Shown here: one piece after another, positions 49,762 through 59,119 of the stretch | Layout: each line of letters opens with the position of its first letter | Position numbering within the stretch: position 1 is the first letter of the stretch | Assembly (NCBI GenBank): GCA_964651115.1 | Contig: CAZYXJ010000001.1 | Location: forward strand, 286,085 to 350,084 | Length of the DNA: 64,000 nucleotides | DNA from: an uncultured Candidatus Saccharibacteria bacterium | Lineage (GTDB): Bacteria > Patescibacteriota > Minisyncoccia > Phycocordibacterales > JACOZG01 | Reading direction: 5' to 3' | Program-made: the position numbers and the translations under genes | The notes under the pieces: model-generated | The model's input: only the letters and a program-made list of their open reading frames with translations | What the model was told of the DNA's origin: nothing | Databases searched by the model: none

Positions 49762-52173
49762 CTAACGAAAGAGACTGCGCAGTGACTCGGCGACGCCCGA
49801 TAGCTGCTTCCAGGCTCCCGAACTAGTTGGGCGAGCCACCGTAACTGGGCCATCCGAGAAGTCGATCGAACCGGAGGTGCACTGGCCGCCACCCGGGGTC
49901 GTTAGGTCACACACAGCGGCCAAATAGAAGGTGCCGGTAGCTTGACCCTCAGGAACAGTCCAAGTAGCCACACCAGTATTGGGGTGCTCGGGGATCAGCC
50001 AAGCCACTGGAGCGGTCTTGTTTTCGTTATAGAGGGCGATCGAAACGGAACTATTGGCCGGGAAATTGGCGCTCGTCCACTTAATCTCATAAGTCTGACC
50101 AATGGTAAAGGTTTGGGAGGCACGTGGCGAAGTGAGGCTAATGGTTGGTTCGGTCGAAGCGGGGCACTGGGGCAACGTCACACTCGCCACGGGACTAGTA
50201 CCATAAGCGGCCGAACTAACTGAATACTCAATCGTCTTACCGCCCCAGTTGGAATACTGACGAGTGGCGGTATAATTTTTACCAGCCGTCTGGATCCGCT
50301 CGCCGCCCGTAAAGTCAAAATAGCCCGTTGAGCCGCCAATCACCTTCTCTTGAAGGCGATACTCACCAGAAACGGCTGGTTCCCATTTAATCGCCACATT
50401 CTGGTAGCGACTACCGCTCTGATCCACGCACGAGGTCGTGATTTTAGGAGCCGGAACGCCAGCTACTGGCGCCGGGGCGCTACCCACCGTCACTGTAATC
50501 TGGTCAACATCTGTCCCCCCGACTCCGACGCAACTAACCTCAAAAACCTTAGTTCCGCTGCGACTGTAAGAATAGGATCTCTCACCGGAAACGCCAACCG
50601 AACTATCGTTTTCCGGATCGCTCAAAGTACAACTCGTCGCATTAGTGCTCGTCCAGCCGATGGTAAATTTAGTGTTTTGGGCCACAACCTGGTTCTGCGG
50701 ACTGGCATTGGCCGTGACGTTCACCGTCGGAGCCGCCGCTGGATTTACAATCTTGATCGGCTTATCGGAAAAGTCCCAGCGATCACCGGGACAGGTTCCG
50801 GCCACATTTACGAGGTCACAGAACACCCCTACATAGTACTCGCCCGTGGGCTGACCAGCCGGAATTGTCCACCAATAAGCGCCAGTGTTGGCTAATTCTG
50901 GCTTGATGTAAAGATTCTCACCAGAAGTGGTGTTGGTCTTCTTGAGCGTGAGGGTAATTGAGCCGTTGGCGGGAATGTTCTCCGCCGCCCACTTAATTAC
51001 ATAAGTCTTGCCGATTTCCAAGGTTTCGCCATTGTTGGGCCAGAGAATGGTCTCTTTGGAAAGAGAATCGCTCGCTGAGCCCCTCACTTTAACTTTAACC
51101 TTATTGCTAATACCTTGGGTAAACACCATATATACACTATAAGTTTTCCCTGGAATCAGGTCAGCAGGAGCAATGGCGCGAAGCAGAGTACTCCCCCATT
51201 GCGTTACCACTGCCCGGTACTGACCATCATTTTCGAAATAAACGATGGGATCTTTTGTCGGTCCAGTGCCCAACAAATTCAAGCCCTCAATAGCAAACTC
51301 AGCACCAGCATCAACAACAAAGTCATCATTGGCCTTAGAGCTAATCCTGGTTATTGCCGTAAGAGCCGTCGCGCAGGCGGGCGTCTTGAAGCTCTTAGCG
51401 CGAGAAAATTGCCCACCGGTAGAAACACGGACTAGGTAAGTGGTTTCCGGCTCAAGAGCCAAGGTGCCAATCTTATCCCAACGGGTAAAGCCTCGGAAAT
51501 CAATCGAGTTCTCTTCAGCCGAACGATTCCAGGTCTTAGTATTGTTGGCAAACGAGTCAGAACCAGGGCGAGAAATATCAACCCAGAAATATCCGTCCCC
51601 GGAAGCCCGACCACTCCAAGAAATTGAGCCGTCCAACCCCTCGTCAGTACAAGCGACGGAGACACTCGGAGTAGTGGGAACGTTAACCCGCTCGTCCACA
51701 ATCTTAAAGGTGCCATTGCTCCAATCATAGGAGTTAGCCGAACAGCGTTCGTCTACGCCCTTTTTGTCGCAAAAAATACCCAAGGTGTAAGTCCCCGGTT
51801 CAATATCTTCACTAATCGTCCAATCCCAGTTGCCAGTATTGTCTAATTCGGTTTTCACATCACTAATCTCCCCGCGGGCATCCTTAAGTGTTAGCGTCAC
51901 CACGGCGCCAGCGGGGAAATTTACGCCACTCCACACCACCGGGTAAGTTCCTTTAGTCACCAAAACTTCGCCTCCATTGGGATAGAGGAGTTGAACGCTA
52001 GGACCAGCCGCTGGCTGACTCAAGATCAGCGCGAGTTGCTCCTGGAGCTTCACAATCATCGCCTGCAGTTGAGCAATGAGAGCACTGTCGTTATTTGTCT
52101 GGGCCTGTACCAATCCCGCCCCACCCAAAACCAGAACTGCGAGCACGATCATCGCCGTCAAAAATTTCTTCAT
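49762..52173 (-). CDS. large secreted surface protein with three Cys-pair repeats of about 100 aa
   Basis: Signal peptide, a Q-rich helix, then three copies of the pattern P-NGGE-...-GxTYxIxW-...-NTG-xWxWTIP-...-GxYxLG-FCD-...-C-...-DFSD-IV. Confidence 0.7.
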   Translation of the reverse strand: MKKFLTAMIVLAVLVLGGAGLVQAQTNNDSALIAQLQAMIVKLQEQLALILSQPAAGPSVQLLYPNGGEVLVTKGTYPVVWSGVNFPAGAVVTLTLKDARGEISDVKTELDNTGNWDWTISEDIEPGTYTLGIFCDKKGVDERCSANSYDWSNGTFKIVDERVNVPTTPSVSVACTDEGLDGSISWSGRASGDGYFWVDISRPGSDSFANNTKTWNRSAEENSIDFRGFTRWDKIGTLALEPETTYLVRVSTGGQFSRAKSFKTPACATALTAITRISSKANDDFVVDAGAEFAIEGLNLLGTGPTKDPIVYFENDGQYRAVVTQWGSTLLRAIAPADLIPGKTYSVYMVFTQGISNKVKVKVRGSASDSLSKETILWPNNGETLEIGKTYVIKWAAENIPANGSITLTLKKTNTTSGENLYIKPELANTGAYWWTIPAGQPTGEYYVGVFCDLVNVAGTCPGDRWDFSDKPIKIVNPAAAPTVNVTANASPQNQVVAQNTKFTIGWTSTNATSCTLSDPENDSSVGVSGERSYSYSRSGTKVFEVSCVGVGGTDVDQITVTVGSAPAPVAGVPAPKITTSCVDQSGSRYQNVAIKWEPAVSGEYRLQEKVIGGSTGYFDFTGGERIQTAGKNYTATRQYSNWGGKTIEYSVSSAAYGTSPVASVTLPQCPASTEPTISLTSPRASQTFTIGQTYEIKWTSANFPANSSVSIALYNENKTAPVAWLIPEHPNTGVATWTVPEGQATGTFYLAAVCDLTTPGGGQCTSGSIDFSDGPVTVARPTSSGAWKQLSGVAESLRSLFR

Positions 52174-52252
52174 AAATAAAATTAAAGCTAAAAAACTTAC
52201 GCTCTTCTTAAGCTCTAGTATAGCGCTATTTTATCTGCTACGCTAAATCGGC

Positions 52253-53056
52253 TTGTCCACAATCATGCCCTCACCGAAAAAAATTTGGCTGATTTTACTG
52301 GGCCTAGTTGGCCTCTACCTTGCCGCCTCGGCCTTGGTCTTTTTTGGTGTTAAGTACGGCTGGACCAACACGGCCGGCCTGGCTGATCCAGGCCGGCCGA
52401 CGGCGGCGGCCAACCCCGTTTGGGCCAACAACGAAGAGTGGTCAACCCTGGCCGCCGCGCTAATTAAAGATCGCTCAGTCATTGAGGCGGCCGCCGCCCA
52501 AGTCAATCTGCGTCCCCGCCTGCTAGTGGCCCTCATCGTTCCCGAACAGCTCCGCCTCTTCCACACCGAGCGAGCGGTTTTTAAACAAATCTTCGCGCCG
52601 CTAAAAATTCTCGGCAACCAGAGCCAGTTCTCCTGGGGCGTGGCCGGCTTTAAGCAAGCCACGGCCGAGCAAGTTGAGGTCCACCTCACCAATCAACAAT
52701 CCCCCTTCTATTTGGGGCCGGAATTTGAAAATTTTCTAACCTTTACCACCACCAACCCTGATCAAGAACGCTTTGAACGGCTCGTTAACGAGCGTAATCA
52801 CTTCTACTCCTATCTCTACGCGGGATTATTTACCCGTCAGATTATGGCTCAGTGGGAACGAGCGGGCTGGCCCATCAGCGATCGACCAGAAATCTTAGGC
52901 ACGCTGTTTAACATCGGTTTTGATAATTCTCACCCCAAAGCCAACCCCGTCATGGGTGGGGCGGCGATTGAGATTGCCGGCACGACCTACTCCTTTGGCC
53001 GGTTAACTTACGAATTTTACTACTCCGAACTCCTGCAAGAAATTTTTCCGCGCTAA
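52253..53056 (+). CDS. hypothetical N-terminally membrane-anchored protein (267 aa)
   Basis: TM helix IWLILLGLVGLYLAASALVFF. No recognised motif. It lies inside the insertion on the opposite strand. Confidence 0.5.
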   Translation: MSTIMPSPKKIWLILLGLVGLYLAASALVFFGVKYGWTNTAGLADPGRPTAAANPVWANNEEWSTLAAALIKDRSVIEAAAAQVNLRPRLLVALIVPEQLRLFHTERAVFKQIFAPLKILGNQSQFSWGVAGFKQATAEQVEVHLTNQQSPFYLGPEFENFLTFTTTNPDQERFERLVNERNHFYSYLYAGLFTRQIMAQWERAGWPISDRPEILGTLFNIGFDNSHPKANPVMGGAAIEIAGTTYSFGRLTYEFYYSELLQEIFPR

Positions 53057-53673
53057 CTCTGAGGGCAGATTGACTTTTGCCCCAATTGCGACCGAGCCAA
53101 CAGAGCATCACCAAGATTTAATTGACCATTAGCCGTGCCATCATACTTGGCGTTACTGCCTGCGGGGACCAAAGCAATCTTACCTTTAATGGCTAGCGCG
53201 TCGGTCATATCGACGGCCCCGTCACTATTTACGTCGCCCAAGAGATTACGAAAATAAACGTTGCGATCAGTCCCAGAAGCAGTCCCACTAATCTTGCCCG
53301 ATAACGTCACCTCATAACAACCGCCATTAGGCAAAGCACCGAGCAACAGATCCAAGCTGAGGCCATCTGGCGCCAGGGAGACCCCTACCGGCGAACTGGT
53401 CGTGCCTGTTAAGACGTGCCGGACCACAATCGGACTGCCCGTTAACTCAACCACGTCATTAAAAACTGCCCTTAACTTGGTCACTCCCCCCAACCGTGGC
53501 TCGATGGTAATCGCAGTCGTCGTCCCCGGAGCCGCCGACTTATTAAGCGTCAGCGACTGCTCACCCGCCGCACCCTGAGTCTTCACCGACGTCCAGGTTA
53601 CCGAAGTCGCCTCCCCAAAAGCCACATTCGCCCAAAGCAACAAACTTAACACCGCCAAATACTTCATAAGCAA
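53053..53673 (-). CDS. secreted protein with C-terminal dockerin-like repeats
   Basis: Signal peptide. C-terminal GDVNSDGAVDMTDALAIKGKI and DGTANGQLNLGDALLARSQL resemble the duplicated calcium-binding dockerin segment. Confidence 0.55.
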   Translation of the reverse strand: MLMKYLAVLSLLLWANVAFGEATSVTWTSVKTQGAAGEQSLTLNKSAAPGTTTAITIEPRLGGVTKLRAVFNDVVELTGSPIVVRHVLTGTTSSPVGVSLAPDGLSLDLLLGALPNGGCYEVTLSGKISGTASGTDRNVYFRNLLGDVNSDGAVDMTDALAIKGKIALVPAGSNAKYDGTANGQLNLGDALLARSQLGQKSICPQS

Positions 53674-53762
53674 AAACTAATTATTAAAGCGAACACTTCC
53701 ATAGTAGCACAAACAACCCCCGCCACTGGCGGGGGTTGTTGATAACCGAACTGAACCTAGAG

Positions 53763-54380
53763 TTAGCGAGTCGTGACTGGCTTCTCTGAGCAAGAAGCGC
53801 TGTGGCCCATGTTAAAGCGGGCAAACAGAGCGTCACCCAAATTTACTTCGCCAGTGCGATTAACGTCATAGATAGCCAAGTCCGTCGTGGTACCGATAAC
53901 GTTCTTCAGCTTAAGAACGTCAGCCCCAGAAACTAGGCCATCACCCGTAACGTCACCAGCCAAAACCTTAACGTAAACCGCCTTGTCGCCCGTCTCGGCC
54001 AAGCCATCAAAGCGCTTATTAACGTCAATTTTGTAACAAGCACCGTCAGGCAAGTTGGCATACTCAAGCTCCAAGCGCTTACCGTCGTCGCTTAAGAAGG
54101 TCGAAGTTGGACGATGAAGGATCCCGGTACTCAAGCTACGAGCATGAGTATAAACTGGGCGCTTTTGGACTGGTAAGTCAAAGTTGATCACCACCTTCTG
54201 CAAACCACCCTGCCGGGTCTCCGTCGCAGTCGCCAGCGGGCTAAGAGCCAATGATTGCTCGCCTACCACCGCGTGACTGCGGACGCTCTCCCAGCTAACT
54301 ACCGTTGCGCCAGTTGAAGCGTAGGCCAGCGTTAGGCCAAAGGCCAAAGCTGCCCCCGCGCCAATAAAGATTTTGTTCAT
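53763..54380 (-). CDS. secreted protein with C-terminal dockerin-like repeats (paralogue of 53053..53673)
   Basis: Signal peptide. C-terminal GDVTGDGLVSGADVLKLKNVI and DVNRTGEVNLGDALFARFNM. The N-terminal domain aligns with that of its neighbour. Confidence 0.55.
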   Translation of the reverse strand: MNKIFIGAGAALAFGLTLAYASTGATVVSWESVRSHAVVGEQSLALSPLATATETRQGGLQKVVINFDLPVQKRPVYTHARSLSTGILHRPTSTFLSDDGKRLELEYANLPDGACYKIDVNKRFDGLAETGDKAVYVKVLAGDVTGDGLVSGADVLKLKNVIGTTTDLAIYDVNRTGEVNLGDALFARFNMGHSASCSEKPVTTR

Positions 54381-54463
54381 GAACCGTAAAAGTTAGTCTA
54401 ATCAATAAAACCACGAAAACTCTTCCATCCTACGTAAAAAGACGGAAAAGTCAACCCCGAGTA

Positions 54464-55315
54464 TTAGCGACGACGATCAATCTTCTTGCGTCGACTAAGC
54501 ACCGCGCCGCGAGAATATTTCTTACGTCGGCGAGTCTTAACGCCGAAAGCGAGCTTGCCAGTTGGCGTCTTAGGGCCGCGGCGCAAACCAATGGGCTGGC
54601 GACCCTCACCACCACCGTGAGGATGGTCTACCGGGTTCATCGCGCTACCACGAACCGTGGGGCGCACGCCCAACCAACGCGAACGACCGGCCTTACCACG
54701 ACTGACCAACTTGTGTTCATCGTTAGAAACGGCGCCAACCGTGGCCCAAGACTTTTCGTTAATCTTGCGCACCTCGGTGGAAGGCATCTTAACCGTGCTG
54801 TAACCGGCGTCATTGCCCAAAATCTGAGCGAAACTGCCCGCCGAGCGCACCAGTCGAGCCCCGCCAGCTGGTTGAACTTCGATATTGTAAATAAAAGTAC
54901 CTACCGGGATCTTGTAAAGAGGCAGGCGATTACCGGGTTTAGCATCAGCTTCAACCGAAGCAACAAACTGGTCCCCGACCTTAACCCCACCAGGCAACAA
55001 GACATAACGGCGAGTACCGTCAGCATAAACAACCAAACCAATAAAACCGGAACGGTTAGGATCGTACTCGATCGTCTCCACGCGAGCGGGAATATTTTTC
55101 TTGTCGTAAGAAAATTCGATTTCGCGATAGAGGCGCTTGTGGCCACCACCTTTATGACGAGTAGTGATCCGGCCATCAGCGTTGCGACCAAAGGCGCGCT
55201 TGCGACCATAAGTCAAAGACTTATGTGGCTCCGAGGCCGACAAGGTCTTGCGATAATCAATCGAAATCAGCTCGCGTCGACCGGGACTAGTAGGTTTGTA
55301 TTTTTTCGTGGCCAT
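54464..55315 (-). CDS. rplB: 50S ribosomal protein L2
   Basis: 283 aa with ...HPHGGGEGR... the conserved L2 motif. Confidence 0.95.
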   Translation of the reverse strand: MATKKYKPTSPGRRELISIDYRKTLSASEPHKSLTYGRKRAFGRNADGRITTRHKGGGHKRLYREIEFSYDKKNIPARVETIEYDPNRSGFIGLVVYADGTRRYVLLPGGVKVGDQFVASVEADAKPGNRLPLYKIPVGTFIYNIEVQPAGGARLVRSAGSFAQILGNDAGYSTVKMPSTEVRKINEKSWATVGAVSNDEHKLVSRGKAGRSRWLGVRPTVRGSAMNPVDHPHGGGEGRQPIGLRRGPKTPTGKLAFGVKTRRRKKYSRGAVLSRRKKIDRRR

Positions 55316-55321
55316 AATCGT

Positions 55322-55630
55322 TTAAGAAAAATCGATCTTATCACCCTTTTTGAGATAAACCAAGGCCTTCTTAAAGCTCGCCGTGCGACCGATCTTGCCG
55401 CGAACAAAGACGCGCTTGGCCGGAACGGTCACCGTTCGGATCTGAACGGGCTTAACGTTGTAAAGAGTTTTAATCGCCGCGGCAATGGCTCCCTTGGTGG
55501 CCGTCTTATCAACAACAAAGGTATAAACCGGATGCTCCACATTCGCCGACTGCGCCGTCGAGCGCTCCGTCACGTGAGGACGTTTAATTAAAATCGTGGT
55601 CTGATCGAGGGTGTGAGCAAGTTTAGACAT
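55322..55630 (-). CDS. rplW: 50S ribosomal protein L23
   Basis: 102 aa, in the conserved L23 position. Confidence 0.9.
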   Translation of the reverse strand: MSKLAHTLDQTTILIKRPHVTERSTAQSANVEHPVYTFVVDKTATKGAIAAAIKTLYNVKPVQIRTVTVPAKRVFVRGKIGRTASFKKALVYLKKGDKIDFS

Positions 55631-55635
55631 AAAAT

Positions 55636-56304
55636 TTACTTAGTCGCGGTGCGGCCGACCAAAACGTCAATGCTCGCCTTTGGCAAAACAATATATTTGT
55701 AAACCAGAGCATCGACCGGGTTAAGATCGCGGGCCTCGCGCACGCCAGCTGAGGCGATATTGCGGAAGCTCTTAATTAACGACTCATCATAAGCCGGCGT
55801 TGCCACCAAGGCGCGACGACCACGCTTATAATCAATCTTCTCGACTCCCGACTTAGCCAAGGCCTTGAGCACGCCATGCGCCTCTTTGGTCTTAGCGGCC
55901 TTGAGAACTAACTCCTCCATCACGATCAACTCGCCATCTCGCGCCTTCTGCGACAAGATCGTAAAGAGGGCCTTTGTCTTCATCTTCTTATTGATCTTTT
56001 TGTCGTAAGACTTTTCGGCGAGCGGTCCATGCGTCACGCCACCACCCTTCCAGATCGGTGAGCGGCTAGAACCGTGACGAGCGCGGCCCGTACCCTTTTG
56101 GCGCCAAGGCTTCTTGCCACCACCGCGAACTTCGCCCCGACCCCGAGAGTCAGCCGTGCCAGCGCGGGCGTTAGACTGCATCGAAGTCACAACCTGGTGG
56201 ACCAAGGTCTCATTCCAAGGCAAAGAGAAATTGCTAGGCAACTGGATCGTGCCCGTCTCTTTACCTGTTTGATTATAAGTCTTGGTCTCCATAGTTTTAG
56301 TCAC
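55636..56304 (-). CDS. rplD: 50S ribosomal protein L4
   Basis: 222 aa, in the conserved L4 position. Confidence 0.9.
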   Translation of the reverse strand: MTKTMETKTYNQTGKETGTIQLPSNFSLPWNETLVHQVVTSMQSNARAGTADSRGRGEVRGGGKKPWRQKGTGRARHGSSRSPIWKGGGVTHGPLAEKSYDKKINKKMKTKALFTILSQKARDGELIVMEELVLKAAKTKEAHGVLKALAKSGVEKIDYKRGRRALVATPAYDESLIKSFRNIASAGVREARDLNPVDALVYKYIVLPKASIDVLVGRTATK

Positions 56305-56317
56305 GATACTTTAAAGT

Positions 56318-56872
56318 TTATTGGGCACTGCGGATCTCGAGTAAGGTGCCACGACGACCAGGTACCGCGCCACGAATATAAAGCTGGTTGGCTTCGGCAT
56401 CAACCTTAGCCACCTTAAGATTCTTCACGGTAACGCGATCACTACCCATCCGACCGGCCATTCTCATGCCCACGATCACGCGACCGCCAGCGCGGCCACC
56501 GCCACCAATGGAACCTGGTTCCCGTTCGGAATGCTTCTGACCGTGAGTTCGGGGACCGCCAGCAAAACCATGGCGCTTAACTACACCCTGAAAGCCCTTA
56601 CCCTTAGATATGCCGCTCACGGCCACCGTTTCGCCTTCGGCGAAAGCGTCAACCGTCACCTCCTCACCCACCGCCAACGGGCTCTCGGGAGCCACAAATT
56701 CGCGCTTAACGCCACTGCCCTCTAATTGGACGGCCAAGTAACCATCGCGCTCTTTGGTCTTGGTCGCCGTTACCTTGGCCGGCCCAGCGGCAACTACCGT
56801 TACGGGCACCACCTCACCGGCGTCCGTAAAGATCTGGGTCATATTCAATTTTCGGCCAATAATAAACTTCAT
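56318..56872 (-). CDS. rplC: 50S ribosomal protein L3
   Basis: Internal start [15 protein letters not shown]... chosen. The longer ORF would overlap rpsJ. Confidence 0.9.
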   Translation of the reverse strand: MKFIIGRKLNMTQIFTDAGEVVPVTVVAAGPAKVTATKTKERDGYLAVQLEGSGVKREFVAPESPLAVGEEVTVDAFAEGETVAVSGISKGKGFQGVVKRHGFAGGPRTHGQKHSEREPGSIGGGGRAGGRVIVGMRMAGRMGSDRVTVKNLKVAKVDAEANQLYIRGAVPGRRGTLLEIRSAQ

Positions 56873-56924
56873 AGTACGAATGGTTACGAATCTACACGAA
56901 AGCGGGTAATTTATCAAGCCCGCC

Positions 56925-57287
56925 TTAGAGCATCTTGACGTCAATGTTGACGCCAGAAGGCAAGGTCAGATTGGTCAAACTTTCAATAATTTTCGGAGAA
57001 GGGTTCGAGATATCAATCAAGCGCTTGTGAATGCGCATCTCAAACTGCTCGCGCGCATTTTTGTGCACGAAAGCGCCTCGGTTAACAGTGTACTTTTTGA
57101 TCTCCGTGGGGAGAGGGATCGGACCCTGGATCGTCCCATCGTAACGGACGGCCGTGTCGACAATCTGCTTAACGCTCGCATCCAAGATCTTGTTCTCGTA
57201 GGCCGAGACTCGAATGCGGATCTTTTGCAGATCACCAAGCGCTTTCGGGGCGCTCTTTTTGGTTTTAGTCTCGGTAGCCATGGTCAA
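56925..57287 (-). CDS. rpsJ: 30S ribosomal protein S10
   Basis: S10 core [16 protein letters not shown] preceded by an N-terminal extension of about 20 aa. Confidence 0.9.
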   Translation of the reverse strand: MTMATETKTKKSAPKALGDLQKIRIRVSAYENKILDASVKQIVDTAVRYDGTIQGPIPLPTEIKKYTVNRGAFVHKNAREQFEMRIHKRLIDISNPSPKIIESLTNLTLPSGVNIDVKML

Positions 57288-57303
57288 GATCTTAAAGAGC
57301 TAA

Positions 57304-58506
57304 TTAGGCAATAATTTTGGTCACCACACCGGCACCTACCGTCTTGCCACCTTCGCGAATCGCGAAGCGCTGCTTCTCTTCCAAGGCAATTGGCGCCACC
57401 AACTTAACCGTAAAGGTGACCGTATCGCCAGGCATTACCATCTTAACGTCCTCGGCCAAAGTTACTTCACCCGTCACGTCAGTCGTGCGAACGTAGAATT
57501 GAGGCTTGTAGCCAGTGAGGAAAGGCGTATGACGACCACCCTCCTCCTTCTTTAAGATATAAACTTCGGCCGTAAAGTCGGTATGAGGCGTAACTGAGCC
57601 AGTCTTAGCCAAGACCTGACCACGAGTAATGTCCTCCTTCTTCGTGCCGCGGAGCAAGATACCAGCGTTGTCACCGGCCATACCCTCGTCCAACTGCTTG
57701 TTGAACATTTCGATACCGGTAACCGTCGTCTTGGTGGTTGGGTTAATACCCACGATCTCAACTTCCTCGCCCACCTTAACCTTGCCGCGCTCGATGCGAC
57801 CAGTCACGACCGTACCACGACCTTCGATGGAGAAGATGTCTTCGATTGGCATCAAGAATGGCTTGTCCGTTTCGCGAACTGGATCAGGCAAGTAAGTGTC
57901 CAAAGCGTCGATGAGTTCCAAAACCTTCTTAGACCACTCGTCGTCAGCGCTCTTCGCCTCCAAGGCCTTCAAACCAGAACCGCGGATTACCGGCACATTG
58001 TCACCGTCATAACCGTTCTTAGTAAGTAATTCGCGAACTTCGGCCTCCACCAAGTCGACAATCTCGGGATCATCAACCATGTCTACCTTGTTCAAGAAGA
58101 CTACAATCTTAGGTACACCAACCTGTCGCGCCAAGAGAACGTGCTCACGAGTTTGGGGCATCGCACCATCAGTCGCGGCAACTACGATAATGGCACCGTC
58201 CATTTGAGCGGCACCGGTGATCATGTTCTTAATATAGTCAGCGTGGCCTGGGGCGTCGATGTGAGCGTAGTGACGCTTAGCCGTCCAGTACTCCGAGTGG
58301 TGGAGCGAGATGGTAATACCGCGAGCCTTTTCTTCTGGAGCATTGTCGATACCATCAACTCCTTCTACCCGCGCACCATAGCCCTTGTCCTTATTGAGAT
58401 CGAGGGTATGTAAAATTGCCGCCGTGAGCGTGGTTTTGCCGTGGTCAACGTGACCAATCGTACCGACGTTAACGTGTGGCTTGGAACGATCAAATGTGTC
58501 TGCCAT
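57304..58506 (-). CDS. tuf: elongation factor Tu
   Basis: [21 protein letters not shown] and NKVD motifs. Length 400 aa. Confidence 0.97.
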   Translation of the reverse strand: MADTFDRSKPHVNVGTIGHVDHGKTTLTAAILHTLDLNKDKGYGARVEGVDGIDNAPEEKARGITISLHHSEYWTAKRHYAHIDAPGHADYIKNMITGAAQMDGAIIVVAATDGAMPQTREHVLLARQVGVPKIVVFLNKVDMVDDPEIVDLVEAEVRELLTKNGYDGDNVPVIRGSGLKALEAKSADDEWSKKVLELIDALDTYLPDPVRETDKPFLMPIEDIFSIEGRGTVVTGRIERGKVKVGEEVEIVGINPTTKTTVTGIEMFNKQLDEGMAGDNAGILLRGTKKEDITRGQVLAKTGSVTPHTDFTAEVYILKKEEGGRHTPFLTGYKPQFYVRTTDVTGEVTLAEDVKMVMPGDTVTFTVKLVAPIALEEKQRFAIREGGKTVGAGVVTKIIA

Positions 58507-58579
58507 AAAACTTTATATATTGCCTAGTAAATTTTTAATAATAAACGACGAAAGTTAGGCGCGCGTAATGCGTAGCACC

Positions 58580-58608
58580 ATCCTAGCAGAGACGAGAAAG
58601 ATGTCAAA
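58580..58608 (-). promoter_or_regulatory. candidate sigma70-like promoter for tuf
   Basis: On the minus strand, TTGACA then a 17-nt spacer then TAGGAT. It lies immediately after the cassette terminator. Confidence 0.35.
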
Positions 58609-58615
58609 TGGGCCG

Positions 58616-58645
58616 CGAAAAAGGCGTCCTCAATTGAGGACGCCT
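58616..58645 (-). terminator. rho-independent terminator of the small cassette gene
   Basis: Perfect 10-bp stem aggcgtcctc-aatt-gaggacgcct, then TTTTT on the minus strand. Confidence 0.5.
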
Positions 58646-58678
58646 GGGGCGTGACGCTGCCCCGATTACAGTCTTGAC

Positions 58679-58930
58679 TCACACCAGAAGCCAGTAGCCC
58701 GGCGCGAGCGCGAGGCGCTCGGAGCGGCCCGGATGGGCCGAGAGCGGCGGCGAAGCGCGCGCGGGCGCCTCCGTGGTGAGCGCGGGTCTCAGATGGATCG
58801 CCGGCGCCCACGTGGCGCTCGGAGACACGATTGCCGTTGAAGTATGCAACCCACTCCCTGCGGTCTCTGCCGGCGGCGGCAAGCACCACGGCAAAGCCAA
58901 ACAGAAGGCCACAACCAAGAACAGCCGCAT
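58679..58930 (-). CDS. small secreted Pro/Ala-rich protein (83 aa) in a high-GC insert
   Basis: ATG at 58930 preceded by CAGGAGGTGACC. Product MRLFLVVAFCLALPWCLPPPAETAGSG... has a signal peptide. Local GC is well above the neighbouring sequence. Confidence 0.4.
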   Translation of the reverse strand: MRLFLVVAFCLALPWCLPPPAETAGSGLHTSTAIVSPSATWAPAIHLRPALTTEAPARASPPLSAHPGRSERLALAPGYWLLV

Positions 58931-59119
58931 GGTCACCTCCTGAAAATAAAAGTGCAAACCCACCCTAGAACACTGGGAGAACTGTAAGGGAAGACCTACT
59001 TAGGATCACCTACCTTTCTTGGTTAGACAATTCATAGTACAGTCTCCCGAGCCCAACTCCTACAAGCTGAGCAATCTGGGAATTAGCGTAACGCAAACTG
59101 CGCTAGAGCGCAAGAGTCC

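Noticed and set aside
54617-55591. 324-aa plus-strand ORF
   Set aside because: It is antisense to rplB and rplW, which are clearly genuine. It has Arg-rich low-complexity composition.
58524-58889. 121-aa minus ORF in the fusA-tuf insert
   Set aside because: It is in the alternative frame of the same GC-rich segment. The 58679..58930 frame has a strong SD and a signal peptide, so it is preferred.
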